Shown here: one piece after another, positions 33,151 through 41,539 of the stretch
Numbering within the stretch: position 1 is the stretch's first letter
Layout of the letters: each line of letters begins with the position of its first letter
Source: an uncultured Gammaproteobacteria bacterium
GTDB lineage: Bacteria > Patescibacteriota > Microgenomatia > UBA8517 > JACQJR01
NCBI GenBank assembly: GCA_964442455.1
Contig: CAYTZB010000007.1
Span: 1 to 55,798 of the forward strand
Reading direction: 5' to 3'
Length of the DNA stretch: 55,798 nt
Notes under the pieces: model-generated
What the model was told of the DNA's origin: nothing
Databases searched by the model: none
What the model saw: the letters and a program-made list of their open reading frames with translations, nothing else
Position numbers and translations under genes: made by a program

Positions 33151-33846
33151 ATGGAAAGCATCGAAAACGGGAACAAAAACTCTGAAGTAAAAACTGTCCG
33201 TCAACATGCGGAGGAGTTTATCCGCTCTCTTCCAAAGGATGGGGTTTTCTTACATCTTACAACTTTTAAGAACTCACAGGTAATTCAACAAGAAGGTGCA
33301 AAAAGCACAAGGGGAAAGATCTGGCAGTTTTCATTCGCCAGTCATTATCCTTTTGTCGATTATTATTCAAGCAAGGGAATAAGGGATACTATCAGAAAAT
33401 TTAGGGGGTCAATAGTAGAAGGACTTAATATGACTGAACATCATCGTGAAGGAGGAGAAAATGTAACTAATTTGTCTCCTGATTCCCTTCCGGTTCTAGT
33501 AATTGGAAGAAAGCAAAGATCTGTGGATTCTACTATGATCGATACCGAAGGAGATTTTAGGAATTTCCCCACAGGTGTTTCAAGATCTATATCTCCAAAA
33601 GATATTCTTTATATATCTACCATTTCACCTGAGGAATATCGTGATTTAGTTGAGAAATCCATGAATGAACCATTACCAAAAAAATATGCGGTATTTAGGT
33701 CTCCAAGGGAAAGGTATATTTTAGAAAAAATTGCAGGAGCTTTGGCCCGAAAGGCTATAATTGGTCTTATGAATCAAAAAAGTGAATACCCAAATACTGT
33801 GAGAACAAAATTAAGTAATTTTTTTGCTAAATTATTCACATCCTGA
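33151..33846 (+). CDS. hypothetical protein (231 aa)
   Basis: ATG-initiated ORF between the tRNA pair and the nuclease / R-M island; no motif recognised. Confidence 0.6.
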   Translation: MESIENGNKNSEVKTVRQHAEEFIRSLPKDGVFLHLTTFKNSQVIQQEGAKSTRGKIWQFSFASHYPFVDYYSSKGIRDTIRKFRGSIVEGLNMTEHHREGGENVTNLSPDSLPVLVIGRKQRSVDSTMIDTEGDFRNFPTGVSRSISPKDILYISTISPEEYRDLVEKSMNEPLPKKYAVFRSPRERYILEKIAGALARKAIIGLMNQKSEYPNTVRTKLSNFFAKLFTS

Positions 33847-33874
33847 TTATCAAATTGGTCTTCGATTATATTTA

Positions 33875-34627
33875 TCATTCTTCTTTTTTGATAAGTCTTC
33901 GATACTGACAAAACTCACAATCGGGGTAGGGGTCGGGAATATTATCTGAATTAAGACAATCTTTCATCGCAAAAATAGTTGGTTCTACCCAAGAAGCATC
34001 TCCTTTATGAGAAATTATCTGGACTTCAAATTCAATTTTGGCATCGAACACTCGATCACCTTTAAGTCCATTTGCATAAACAAAATAGGCTATATCAGAA
34101 ACATCGAATCCCTTTTGTCTAAAAATCCATTGATACCACTCAACCTGCTTTTTGTATCCTTGCTTATATTCATCATCCAAACTAATTTCTTTCGAGGTAC
34201 TGGTAGATTTGTAGTCAACGATATGAAGTTGACCTTTTGGGTTAACCCAAATATCGTCTATGATTCCGCAAATTTCCAAGTTGGTAGGCTTGTGTAATAC
34301 GCAAGCGCCTACAAATCTCTTGTGGTCATCTCGCCATTCGGGCAAATCCGGATGTTGAAAGGGAATTGCATCTATACCGTATTCCTCCATCAAAGCATGT
34401 TTTTTGCCGTCTTTTCGAAGTAAATCAAACTCATTTTTAAGAAGATGGTCAACTGCATCATTAAGAGACCAGCCAGGGAGTCCGGGGCGATCCAGTCCTA
34501 TCCGACGGTCAAGATAAAAGCATCTTGGGCAACCCAGAAACCCCTCCATCCTTGAGCGTGAAATACGAAAAGGCTCGGTAGATTTTGGATTATAAAGATT
34601 GCCTTTTCTTTGTTTGTATTTATTCAT
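33875..34627 (-). CDS. PD-(D/E)XK nuclease, Cas4/RecB-like with Cys cluster
   Basis: N-terminal CPRC, IIDD ... IVDYKS (D / D-x-K), QVEWYQW (Q-x3-Y), C-terminal CEFCQY. Confidence 0.75.
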   Translation of the reverse strand: MNKYKQRKGNLYNPKSTEPFRISRSRMEGFLGCPRCFYLDRRIGLDRPGLPGWSLNDAVDHLLKNEFDLLRKDGKKHALMEEYGIDAIPFQHPDLPEWRDDHKRFVGACVLHKPTNLEICGIIDDIWVNPKGQLHIVDYKSTSTSKEISLDDEYKQGYKKQVEWYQWIFRQKGFDVSDIAYFVYANGLKGDRVFDAKIEFEVQIISHKGDASWVEPTIFAMKDCLNSDNIPDPYPDCEFCQYRRLIKKEE

Positions 34628-34662
34628 TTGCGTGTGTCCAAATTATGTAACCAAAGTGTAGA

Positions 34663-34687
34663 CGCCTGCCCACCCCTGGAGGGGCGA
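34663..34687. repeat. short GC-rich imperfect palindrome between hsdR and the nuclease gene
   Basis: Minus strand reads CGCCCCTCCAGGGGTGGGCAGGCG; shares CCAGGGGTGG with 8871-8880. Confidence 0.3.
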
Positions 34688-34747
34688 TAAACCTGTCCTG
34701 AGCAAGTCGAAGGATCAAAATGTTTCATAATATTAATGTACTACTTT

Positions 34748-37700
34748 TTAAGCCGTAGCATATACTCCTGGACTCCAATCTTGATAAAGAACAGATGCCT
34801 GTTTATAGACAACGTCAACAATCTTCTCACTCTCGCCGGCAGAAAAATTATTCCTCAACAAGAATAGCCTTACGTTAGCGCGGATTTTTGCTTTAATAGC
34901 TTCGTTGTTAGTCCAATCTATAGTTGAACAATCTCGTCTTATCATTTTAACAAGTTCCTTTACTAAATCTTTTAACTTTCCGTTTTTAAGTTCCGTTTTT
35001 CTAGCGTCAGCAATAGCATCATAGAATGCCATCTCTTCCTCACTCAATCCTAAATCTTTCCATGCCGCTTCCTGTTTCCTTATATCTTTTGCCAGCTCAA
35101 TCAAACGTTCAATAACCTTTGTTGAATTAATAATATTATTCTCGTAATCTTCAATTATATCCTCCAAAATTTCCATAAGGGATTTATACCTTACGATGTT
35201 TTTCCTTAGTCTTATTCGAAGCTCATCTTGCAAAAGTTTCTTTAATACCTCAACCGCTAGATTTTTAAACCGCATCTTTTTAACTTCGTCCAAAAATTGA
35301 TCATCAAATATAGAAATGTCCGGTTTACCCTTTCCCTTCATAGCAAAAATATCAATCACGCCTTCCGCAGCGATACTCTTTGAGATAAGCTCTCTAATAG
35401 CTGTTTCGGTGTCAGATTCTAGAATTCCTCCTTCAGTAATAACAGTTCTCTTTATTAAAATTCCTCTAATAGCTTTGAAAAACTCAACATCTCCTCTTAT
35501 TTGATGTGCTTCGTGGTGAGGCATAACAAATGCATGAAGCTTATGCAAATGCTCGCATTCGGTTAAAAATCTCTTCTTTTTTGCCTCATCTATCTTTCCG
35601 GTTTTTACATCAGTAATAACCATATCCACAGCCTGCTGAAGCAATCTTGTTAAGTCAGTATTTGGTAGCTTTTTCCAATTTGAAAATTCCAGACCGGTAA
35701 ACATACTTTTCACCACGTCATATTTCTCCATCATCTTGGCAATCAAATCATCAAGCGGCACCATAGCTTCTTTTTGGATGTCGGAGCTATAAATGCTTAA
35801 GGCTTTTCTCAGATCATCGGCAATTCCAATATAGTCAACAATTAGCCCTGCCAGTTTATCTTTCCAAATGCGATTAACCCTGGCAATTGCCTGAATAAGC
35901 GTGTGTCCTTTTAGGGGTTTATCAATGTACATGGTATGAAGCGGCTGAACATCGAAGCCGGTCAGCCACATATCGCATACTATAACCAGCTTCAGAGGAT
36001 CGTCCGGATTTTTAAATCTTTTCTCAATTTCGCGAGCCTCCATCTCTGTTTGAATCCTGTCTTTAAAACTTTCAGGACTAGAAATCACCACCGCAACTTC
36101 CGGAGCATTAGCTTGTTTTTTAATCATTTGGTACATCTCAACTGCTACCTTCCTGCTTATTGTCACTATCATTCCTTTTCCCTCAATACCTCTATTGTTA
36201 AAATGGAAGATTATATCTTGGGAGATTTGTTCTAGCCTTTCTTTTGCTCCTACCGCCTGTTCCAGCCTTGCAAATTTTTTCTTAAAACTCTCTCGTACAT
36301 CGTATGGGTGTTCGGCAAGTAATTGATCGTATTCCTCATCAATAAAGTAATTAGTTAAATGAAGAGGAACTAGTCTACCTTCATAATAAATAGGTACAGT
36401 TGCGCCATCACTGATAGCTTTATCCATTCTGTATTCGGTGATGTGATCTCCAAATACCAACCTCGTATCTCGGTTATTTAAACTAATCGGTGTTCCAGTA
36501 ATACCCATGAATGAGGCATTGGGGATTGCCGCTCTCATATTGCCGGCAAGCTTGGCATACTCCGAGCGGTGGGCCTCATCTGCAATCACAATGATATTTT
36601 CGCGACGGGATAAGAGTCCGTATTCTTCTCCCTGGAATTTTTGAATAGTAGTAAAAATTAGTTCTGCCCCGGCAGTTTTTAACCTTGTCTTTAAGTCTTT
36701 TACGCCTTCTGTCTGTTTGGCCAGCTTGTCATACCCGGTTCTTAGAAATGTTTTAAAAAGTTGGCTATCTAAATCATTTCTGTCTGTTAAGAAAAGAAAT
36801 GTAGGGCTTTTCAACTCATCCAAATTTTTTGCTTTATTCACATAAAATACCATTGAAATTGATTTGCCGCTTCCTTGAGAGTGCCAAAATACCCCAATCT
36901 TTTTGTTGCCCCGGGGGGAAGTTGCCCGAAGCGTTTGAGAAACGGCCTTGTTGACTCCAAAATATTGGTGATACAAACATATCTTTTTAGTATATGTGCT
37001 GACATCTTTCTCGCTGTCCGCCTCAAAAAGAATAAAATTTTCCAAAATATCCAATAAGCGTAATTTTTGAAAAATACCCTTGACTAAAACCTCAAGCTCC
37101 GTAATACCAAGCTCGTGTTTTTCATCTTCGCTTTCAACGCCTTTCCAGACAGAGAACCACTCCCAAGGAGAGCTGATAGTCCCGTGACGTGCCTCGGTTG
37201 TGTCGCTGACAACCAAAACCTGGTTATATTTGAAAATATCGGGAATATCCTTTTTGTATTCCTGAAGTTGGAAGTAGGCCGATTGAATAGTCGCGCTTTC
37301 CAAAGTAGGGTTTTTAACTTCGAAAATCGCAACTGGTACTCCATTGACAAAAACAATAATATCCGGTCTTCTTACTTTTTCTATTCCCTGGATGGCAAAC
37401 TGATTAACGACCAAAAATTCATTATTTTGTAAATTTTTAAAATCTATTACTTTGGCAAATCGACCTCTTTTTTCGCCATTTTCATCCTCAACTTCAACTC
37501 TTATGCCTTCCGTTAACATCCGGTAAACTTCTTTATTGGCAATTTCCAAATTGGGATGTTCAACGCTTTTTAGTTGATACATGGCATCCTCTATTGCTTT
37601 ATCCGGAAGTTCGGGATTGATTCTGCGCAAAGCCTGCTCCAGCCGTTTTAACAAAATGACCTCGCGGAAGTTCTCACGCTCCGCAAAGGCAACCCCGGGC

Positions 37701-37795
37701 GCCAAATCCGGCCCAAAAGCATATTCATACCCTAACTCCTTGAGCCAATCCAATACCGGCTGTTCAGCTAATGTATCTTCGTTAAGATTTGTCAT
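34748..37795 (-). CDS. hsdR: type I restriction enzyme R subunit
   Basis: 1015 aa; HsdR N-terminal nuclease region, SF2 helicase motifs (QGSGKS Walker A, IADEAHRS DEAH box, QAIARVNR motif VI). Confidence 0.93.
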   Translation of the reverse strand: MTNLNEDTLAEQPVLDWLKELGYEYAFGPDLAPGVAFAERENFREVILLKRLEQALRRINPELPDKAIEDAMYQLKSVEHPNLEIANKEVYRMLTEGIRVEVEDENGEKRGRFAKVIDFKNLQNNEFLVVNQFAIQGIEKVRRPDIIVFVNGVPVAIFEVKNPTLESATIQSAYFQLQEYKKDIPDIFKYNQVLVVSDTTEARHGTISSPWEWFSVWKGVESEDEKHELGITELEVLVKGIFQKLRLLDILENFILFEADSEKDVSTYTKKICLYHQYFGVNKAVSQTLRATSPRGNKKIGVFWHSQGSGKSISMVFYVNKAKNLDELKSPTFLFLTDRNDLDSQLFKTFLRTGYDKLAKQTEGVKDLKTRLKTAGAELIFTTIQKFQGEEYGLLSRRENIIVIADEAHRSEYAKLAGNMRAAIPNASFMGITGTPISLNNRDTRLVFGDHITEYRMDKAISDGATVPIYYEGRLVPLHLTNYFIDEEYDQLLAEHPYDVRESFKKKFARLEQAVGAKERLEQISQDIIFHFNNRGIEGKGMIVTISRKVAVEMYQMIKKQANAPEVAVVISSPESFKDRIQTEMEAREIEKRFKNPDDPLKLVIVCDMWLTGFDVQPLHTMYIDKPLKGHTLIQAIARVNRIWKDKLAGLIVDYIGIADDLRKALSIYSSDIQKEAMVPLDDLIAKMMEKYDVVKSMFTGLEFSNWKKLPNTDLTRLLQQAVDMVITDVKTGKIDEAKKKRFLTECEHLHKLHAFVMPHHEAHQIRGDVEFFKAIRGILIKRTVITEGGILESDTETAIRELISKSIAAEGVIDIFAMKGKGKPDISIFDDQFLDEVKKMRFKNLAVEVLKKLLQDELRIRLRKNIVRYKSLMEILEDIIEDYENNIINSTKVIERLIELAKDIRKQEAAWKDLGLSEEEMAFYDAIADARKTELKNGKLKDLVKELVKMIRRDCSTIDWTNNEAIKAKIRANVRLFLLRNNFSAGESEKIVDVVYKQASVLYQDWSPGVYATA

Positions 37796-38550
37796 AGACT
37801 ACTTTTAGACCATTCTAAAAACTTCTCAATAGTATTTCTTGTGTACTGCATAAATTCCTTACGCTTTTCGTAAGTTATCGGAGGGTAATTGCCATGACGA
37901 TTGTTTTTAGCAAAACTTAACAAGTCCAGATTTTTCGTAATTGATAAACTGGATGCCATTTTTTCCCAAGCATTTTTATCTCGTTTGCTGTCATCTTTTA
38001 TGTTATGGTCATCGAAGTAAGTCCTTCGTATTGTTTCGAGAGCTCTTAGACAATATAGCGCAGTCGTTCGGGGATATTTAATTGATCTACGATAATCAGT
38101 CAAAGCAAGAGATATGGCATTAGATTTTTCCTGAAGCCTCATTACTTGATCCAGCATTTTGGAGAAATCATCATGCTTAGCTTTGTATCCCCACTCGCCT
38201 ATAACTGGAAAGTCGTAATTTAATCCTGTTTGTTTGCATGTAACTTTATCTATAGAAACATCGTAATTGTACGAGTTAACGAAACAAAAGGTATCAACAA
38301 AAGTGCGAATAGTTTCCTCTATATAATTTTTGAGTGTCTCTATATTTGGCTCTGTATCTTGGTCAAATTTCTGATCTGTTTCAAATATAGCTTTTGCTTT
38401 GGAATTTTTTACTTCGAGCGAAAACCTACCATTTATGCCCCAGTCAGGAATTAAGATTGAAACCTCTCCATAACGATTCTCTAAGCTACTCAAGTCAAAC
38501 CTAACCCTTTCTGGATAAACAAGTCCTAAAAACTCATACCTGTATTTCAT
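37792..38550 (-). CDS. uncharacterised protein embedded between hsdS and hsdR (252 aa)
   Basis: Starts 2 nt after the hsdS stop; its TGA overlaps the hsdR ATG (ATGA); no P-loop; helical C-half contains RRTYFDDH (an R-x5-H spacing). Confidence 0.75.
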   Translation of the reverse strand: MKYRYEFLGLVYPERVRFDLSSLENRYGEVSILIPDWGINGRFSLEVKNSKAKAIFETDQKFDQDTEPNIETLKNYIEETIRTFVDTFCFVNSYNYDVSIDKVTCKQTGLNYDFPVIGEWGYKAKHDDFSKMLDQVMRLQEKSNAISLALTDYRRSIKYPRTTALYCLRALETIRRTYFDDHNIKDDSKRDKNAWEKMASSLSITKNLDLLSFAKNNRHGNYPPITYEKRKEFMQYTRNTIEKFLEWSKSSL

Positions 38551-38552
38551 AT

Positions 38553-39749
38553 TTATACTCTTATTTCTCCTCTCATTAACTTTGGCAAGAGTAAATCGCG
38601 AAGGGCGGCCAATTTTTGATTTTCTACCTCTATTAAATTTGTTTGACTAAAAATAGGCCTCACAAAATTTTGGAATTTTTCTATTAAATCGTTTACAGGT
38701 AAAACAAAGTTGTAATCTTCTATTGTTGATTTGCTCAAATGAGCAACATTTGTTCCTCCAGCCGAGCTAGCCATTCGGTAGGAAAATTCTTTTCTTAGCA
38801 TTAAGTAATAAAGAAATTCCACATACAGTTCATCTGTAGCTACCGCACAGACATCGAGTGATATCAATATTTTGTCCCAATGGGAATAAGAAGGGACGCG
38901 AGCAGGATGACCAATTACTTCACGATTGGAAGTTAAGTCTGTCATGGCAATTACGATACCGCCAGGTTTAACTAAATTTGTTGAATTATATCTGCCTGTA
39001 TAAAATTTAATCCCATCAGGATTAAAACCACCACCTCTTTGGAAATTGGCCAAATTTATCATTGGTAACCCTTTAGATTTTTCGTTTATTTCATTTGAAG
39101 AATAAGAAAGGCCTTTATTTATTTTTGCTATGTCTTTAATCTTTTTTGCTTCCCATCCTTTCGGAATTTTGCCCAGTTCGCTATCTACAAATTCTGCCTT
39201 TTCATACCTAGGGAATCTAAAATGTACAAACCATTCTTTAAAAAGCGCTTGGGCCATATCTTCCAAAGTTTTTGCAATTTTATTATTTACCTCAATCTTG
39301 TCATCAAAACCAGAAAGGATAGATATAATACGGTGCTGTGTTGTCTGTGGCGGGAGTAAAACAGATAGATTTTCAAAGATAGGTAATCTCAACGATTTAA
39401 CTGTGGAACCAACTGCATATTTAGAGAGATACTTATTATTGAGGCAAAACCAATAAAAAAGAAATTTATTCAACACCTCATTTTGTAAACTGTATATTGC
39501 ATAAACCCTTTGATGCAGATCGAACTTGCCAGAAAAAAATCGTGGTATAAATTCTTTACCTTCCCCGGGAATAATTACAGCTTCTCTGTCAAAGAGATAT
39601 TTATTGCTTCTCTTTATCTCTAGAGACCTATCGAATAAAGGGTATTTTCCACCGACAACTGCATCTTGTGTATTAGTCGAACCTGTCCCTATTTTCGCAA
39701 TTTCTCCCAATTTCACTTTTTGCCAATTTTTTGGAATTTGATTTTGCAT
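38553..39749 (-). CDS. hsdS: type I restriction enzyme S (specificity) subunit
   Basis: 398 aa, two target-recognition halves separated by a conserved central region (LPPQTTQHRIISILSGFDDKIE) and a C-terminal conserved helix (...LLLPKLMRGEIRV). Confidence 0.9.
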   Translation of the reverse strand: MQNQIPKNWQKVKLGEIAKIGTGSTNTQDAVVGGKYPLFDRSLEIKRSNKYLFDREAVIIPGEGKEFIPRFFSGKFDLHQRVYAIYSLQNEVLNKFLFYWFCLNNKYLSKYAVGSTVKSLRLPIFENLSVLLPPQTTQHRIISILSGFDDKIEVNNKIAKTLEDMAQALFKEWFVHFRFPRYEKAEFVDSELGKIPKGWEAKKIKDIAKINKGLSYSSNEINEKSKGLPMINLANFQRGGGFNPDGIKFYTGRYNSTNLVKPGGIVIAMTDLTSNREVIGHPARVPSYSHWDKILISLDVCAVATDELYVEFLYYLMLRKEFSYRMASSAGGTNVAHLSKSTIEDYNFVLPVNDLIEKFQNFVRPIFSQTNLIEVENQKLAALRDLLLPKLMRGEIRV

Positions 39750-39750
39750 A

Positions 39751-40086
39751 TTATTTTTTCAGTAATCCTATAAGCGGAATCCTATCTAATAAATATTGTC
39801 TTTTCATTTTAAGATGTTCCAACTCTGCTTCCAGAGTTTTACGCTCTCTCTCCACAATTCTATCTAACACTGATTAAGAAATTGGGCCTCTTTGCATAAA
39901 CACTATGTATTCCAAATTATCCATCCAGTCCTTGACTATAAATATGTTTTCTTCTATCTCATTTGTTTTTTGAAAAATATTTCTGACATAAAAATACGAA
40001 AACAAAACTACCCCAATTGACAATACCGCTAGAATTAAACCAGGGGCTTTATTCAACAGCTCACCAATTTGAATCTGATTTTGCAT
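39751..40086 (-). pseudogene. possible hsdS remnant (70-aa ORF 39874-40086 plus an in-frame 40-codon tail 39751-39873)
   Basis: The 5' end and upstream AAAAATAAT..ATGCAAAATCA duplicate the hsdS start (MQNQI...GE(L/I)); after a TAA the same frame reads ...LEHLKMKRQYLLDRIPLIGLLKK, like an HsdS C-terminal helix. Confidence 0.4.
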
Positions 40087-40089
40087 ATA

Positions 40090-40500
40090 TTATTTTTCCT
40101 CCTCTTTTTTAGTAAGGTGTTTGATGAATTCTCTAACTTTCTCATCCTTTAACAATTCCGGATTATCAGCGAATAAATCAAACCAGTAGTCTCCATTTCC
40201 AGAACCATGATAGTTTATAATTCTCGATCTAGAATCTCCCTTTATTCCGAAATATTCAGTCCCTATTGTCCACGCAGTCGATTTTGCAATTAGCGCGAAA
40301 AGAAAGACGATAGTATAGATCACTATAAAAACATCATTTTCAGTAACTTGTGTCGGAAGCCAATTATAAGCAAGGCTAAGTAATCCCAACCATGCAAAGC
40401 CGTATACGATAGGACCTACAAATTTGGTAACAGCACTAACTGATTTATAAATAAGTTCACAGTTAATCTTTAGCTTAACCTTATCCAATGAATTTTGCAT
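40090..40500 (-). CDS. uncharacterised 2-TM membrane protein embedded in the hsd operon (136 aa)
   Basis: ATG 1 nt after the orf345 stop; hydrophobic FVGPIVYGFAWLGLLSLAYNWL and VFIVIYTIVFLFALIAKSTAW; charged soluble C-terminus. Confidence 0.7.
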   Translation of the reverse strand: MQNSLDKVKLKINCELIYKSVSAVTKFVGPIVYGFAWLGLLSLAYNWLPTQVTENDVFIVIYTIVFLFALIAKSTAWTIGTEYFGIKGDSRSRIINYHGSGNGDYWFDLFADNPELLKDEKVREFIKHLTKKEEEK

Positions 40501-40501
40501 T

Positions 40502-41539
40502 TTATTCCCTTCTACTTCCTAGAAATGAACTAATGAAATTACCGACAGGTTCGTTACTATTACCTCCGGGGTCTCCTTTTGATACATAACCAGTCGCACT
40601 TCCTCTAAACATTGCGTCAGCCCCAGAGCGTACTAAAACAGATTTGTCTTCTGGTTCTGGTTTTGAACTCAAAAAATCTTTAAGTGTTTCTGCCACATTT
40701 TTCCTATGTTTATTAATAATTTCTAGGTGAGAGTTTGCACTATAGTTTTTGGAGGCAAAGCCGACAGCATATGATAAAAGGCCAAGAAGTGCTAATTTTA
40801 CTGCACCATACTCAATTGTAAAAATTTCTTTGGGTGGAAAATTTGGCCAAAAATCTAGTTTATCTGAAATGAATAGATAAAGATATACACCGAGATTTGC
40901 AATAATTATAAAAAGTAACCATTTGAAGAAAATAATTCTTCTTGCTTCCCAATCTCTTGCTCTTTGTACATATTCTTTAGCTTGTGCCTCAAAATGTTTA
41001 CCGAATGTTATCGCTGCTATCTCTCCATGCTTGACTTCGACTTCCTGCTCTCTCTTCCCCAGAGCCTCTAACTGTTGTTTCAATTTATCTGATAGGACTT
41101 TATATTCTTTTTCTGCTTGCACAGCCGCTTTCTGTTGTTTTTGTAATTCTTTAGCATCCTGACTTTTTAATGCCGCTTCTTGACGAAGATAAACCAGGTT
41201 ATTTCTTAGATTTCTAAAGACTTCATCATAAAAATTTCTTGTATTTGTTTCAAAATTGTCATGCTGATCTTTATTGAATCCAACTGACAAATCAAACGAA
41301 GCCAATTGTTTTAAATGATTGACAAAGCTATCTATATACTGATCTATTTGGCTAACCTCTGGTTGAGAAAGTGCATCTTGATATGATAATTCTTGTAACT
41401 CCTTAAATAGGTTCTGAAGACGCCCCAAAAAAGGGTAGACTGCATCAAAAGCCAACGAACCAAACTTCTCTTTGTTAAGAGCGAGACTTTTAATATCTAA
41501 ATTTGGTAGAGATTCTTTTGTTATTTCATCAGGGTTCAT
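40502..41539 (-). CDS. uncharacterised coiled-coil + 2-TM protein embedded in the hsd operon (345 aa)
   Basis: ATG overlaps the hsdM TGA (ATGA); about 190-aa helical/coiled-coil N-half, then IIFFKWLLFIIIANLGVYLYLFI and GAVKLALLGLLSYAVGFA, then a soluble tail. Confidence 0.75.
   Translation of the reverse strand: MNPDEITKESLPNLDIKSLALNKEKFGSLAFDAVYPFLGRLQNLFKELQELSYQDALSQPEVSQIDQYIDSFVNHLKQLASFDLSVGFNKDQHDNFETNTRNFYDEVFRNLRNNLVYLRQEAALKSQDAKELQKQQKAAVQAEKEYKVLSDKLKQQLEALGKREQEVEVKHGEIAAITFGKHFEAQAKEYVQRARDWEARRIIFFKWLLFIIIANLGVYLYLFISDKLDFWPNFPPKEIFTIEYGAVKLALLGLLSYAVGFASKNYSANSHLEIINKHRKNVAETLKDFLSSKPEPEDKSVLVRSGADAMFRGSATGYVSKGDPGGNSNEPVGNFISSFLGSRRE

Noticed and set aside
32794-33176. ORFs 32794-33144 (+) and 32901-33176 (-)
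   Set aside because: They are translations through tRNA-Arg, tRNA-Lys and the E1/E2 elements. The tRNA folds explain the sequence.
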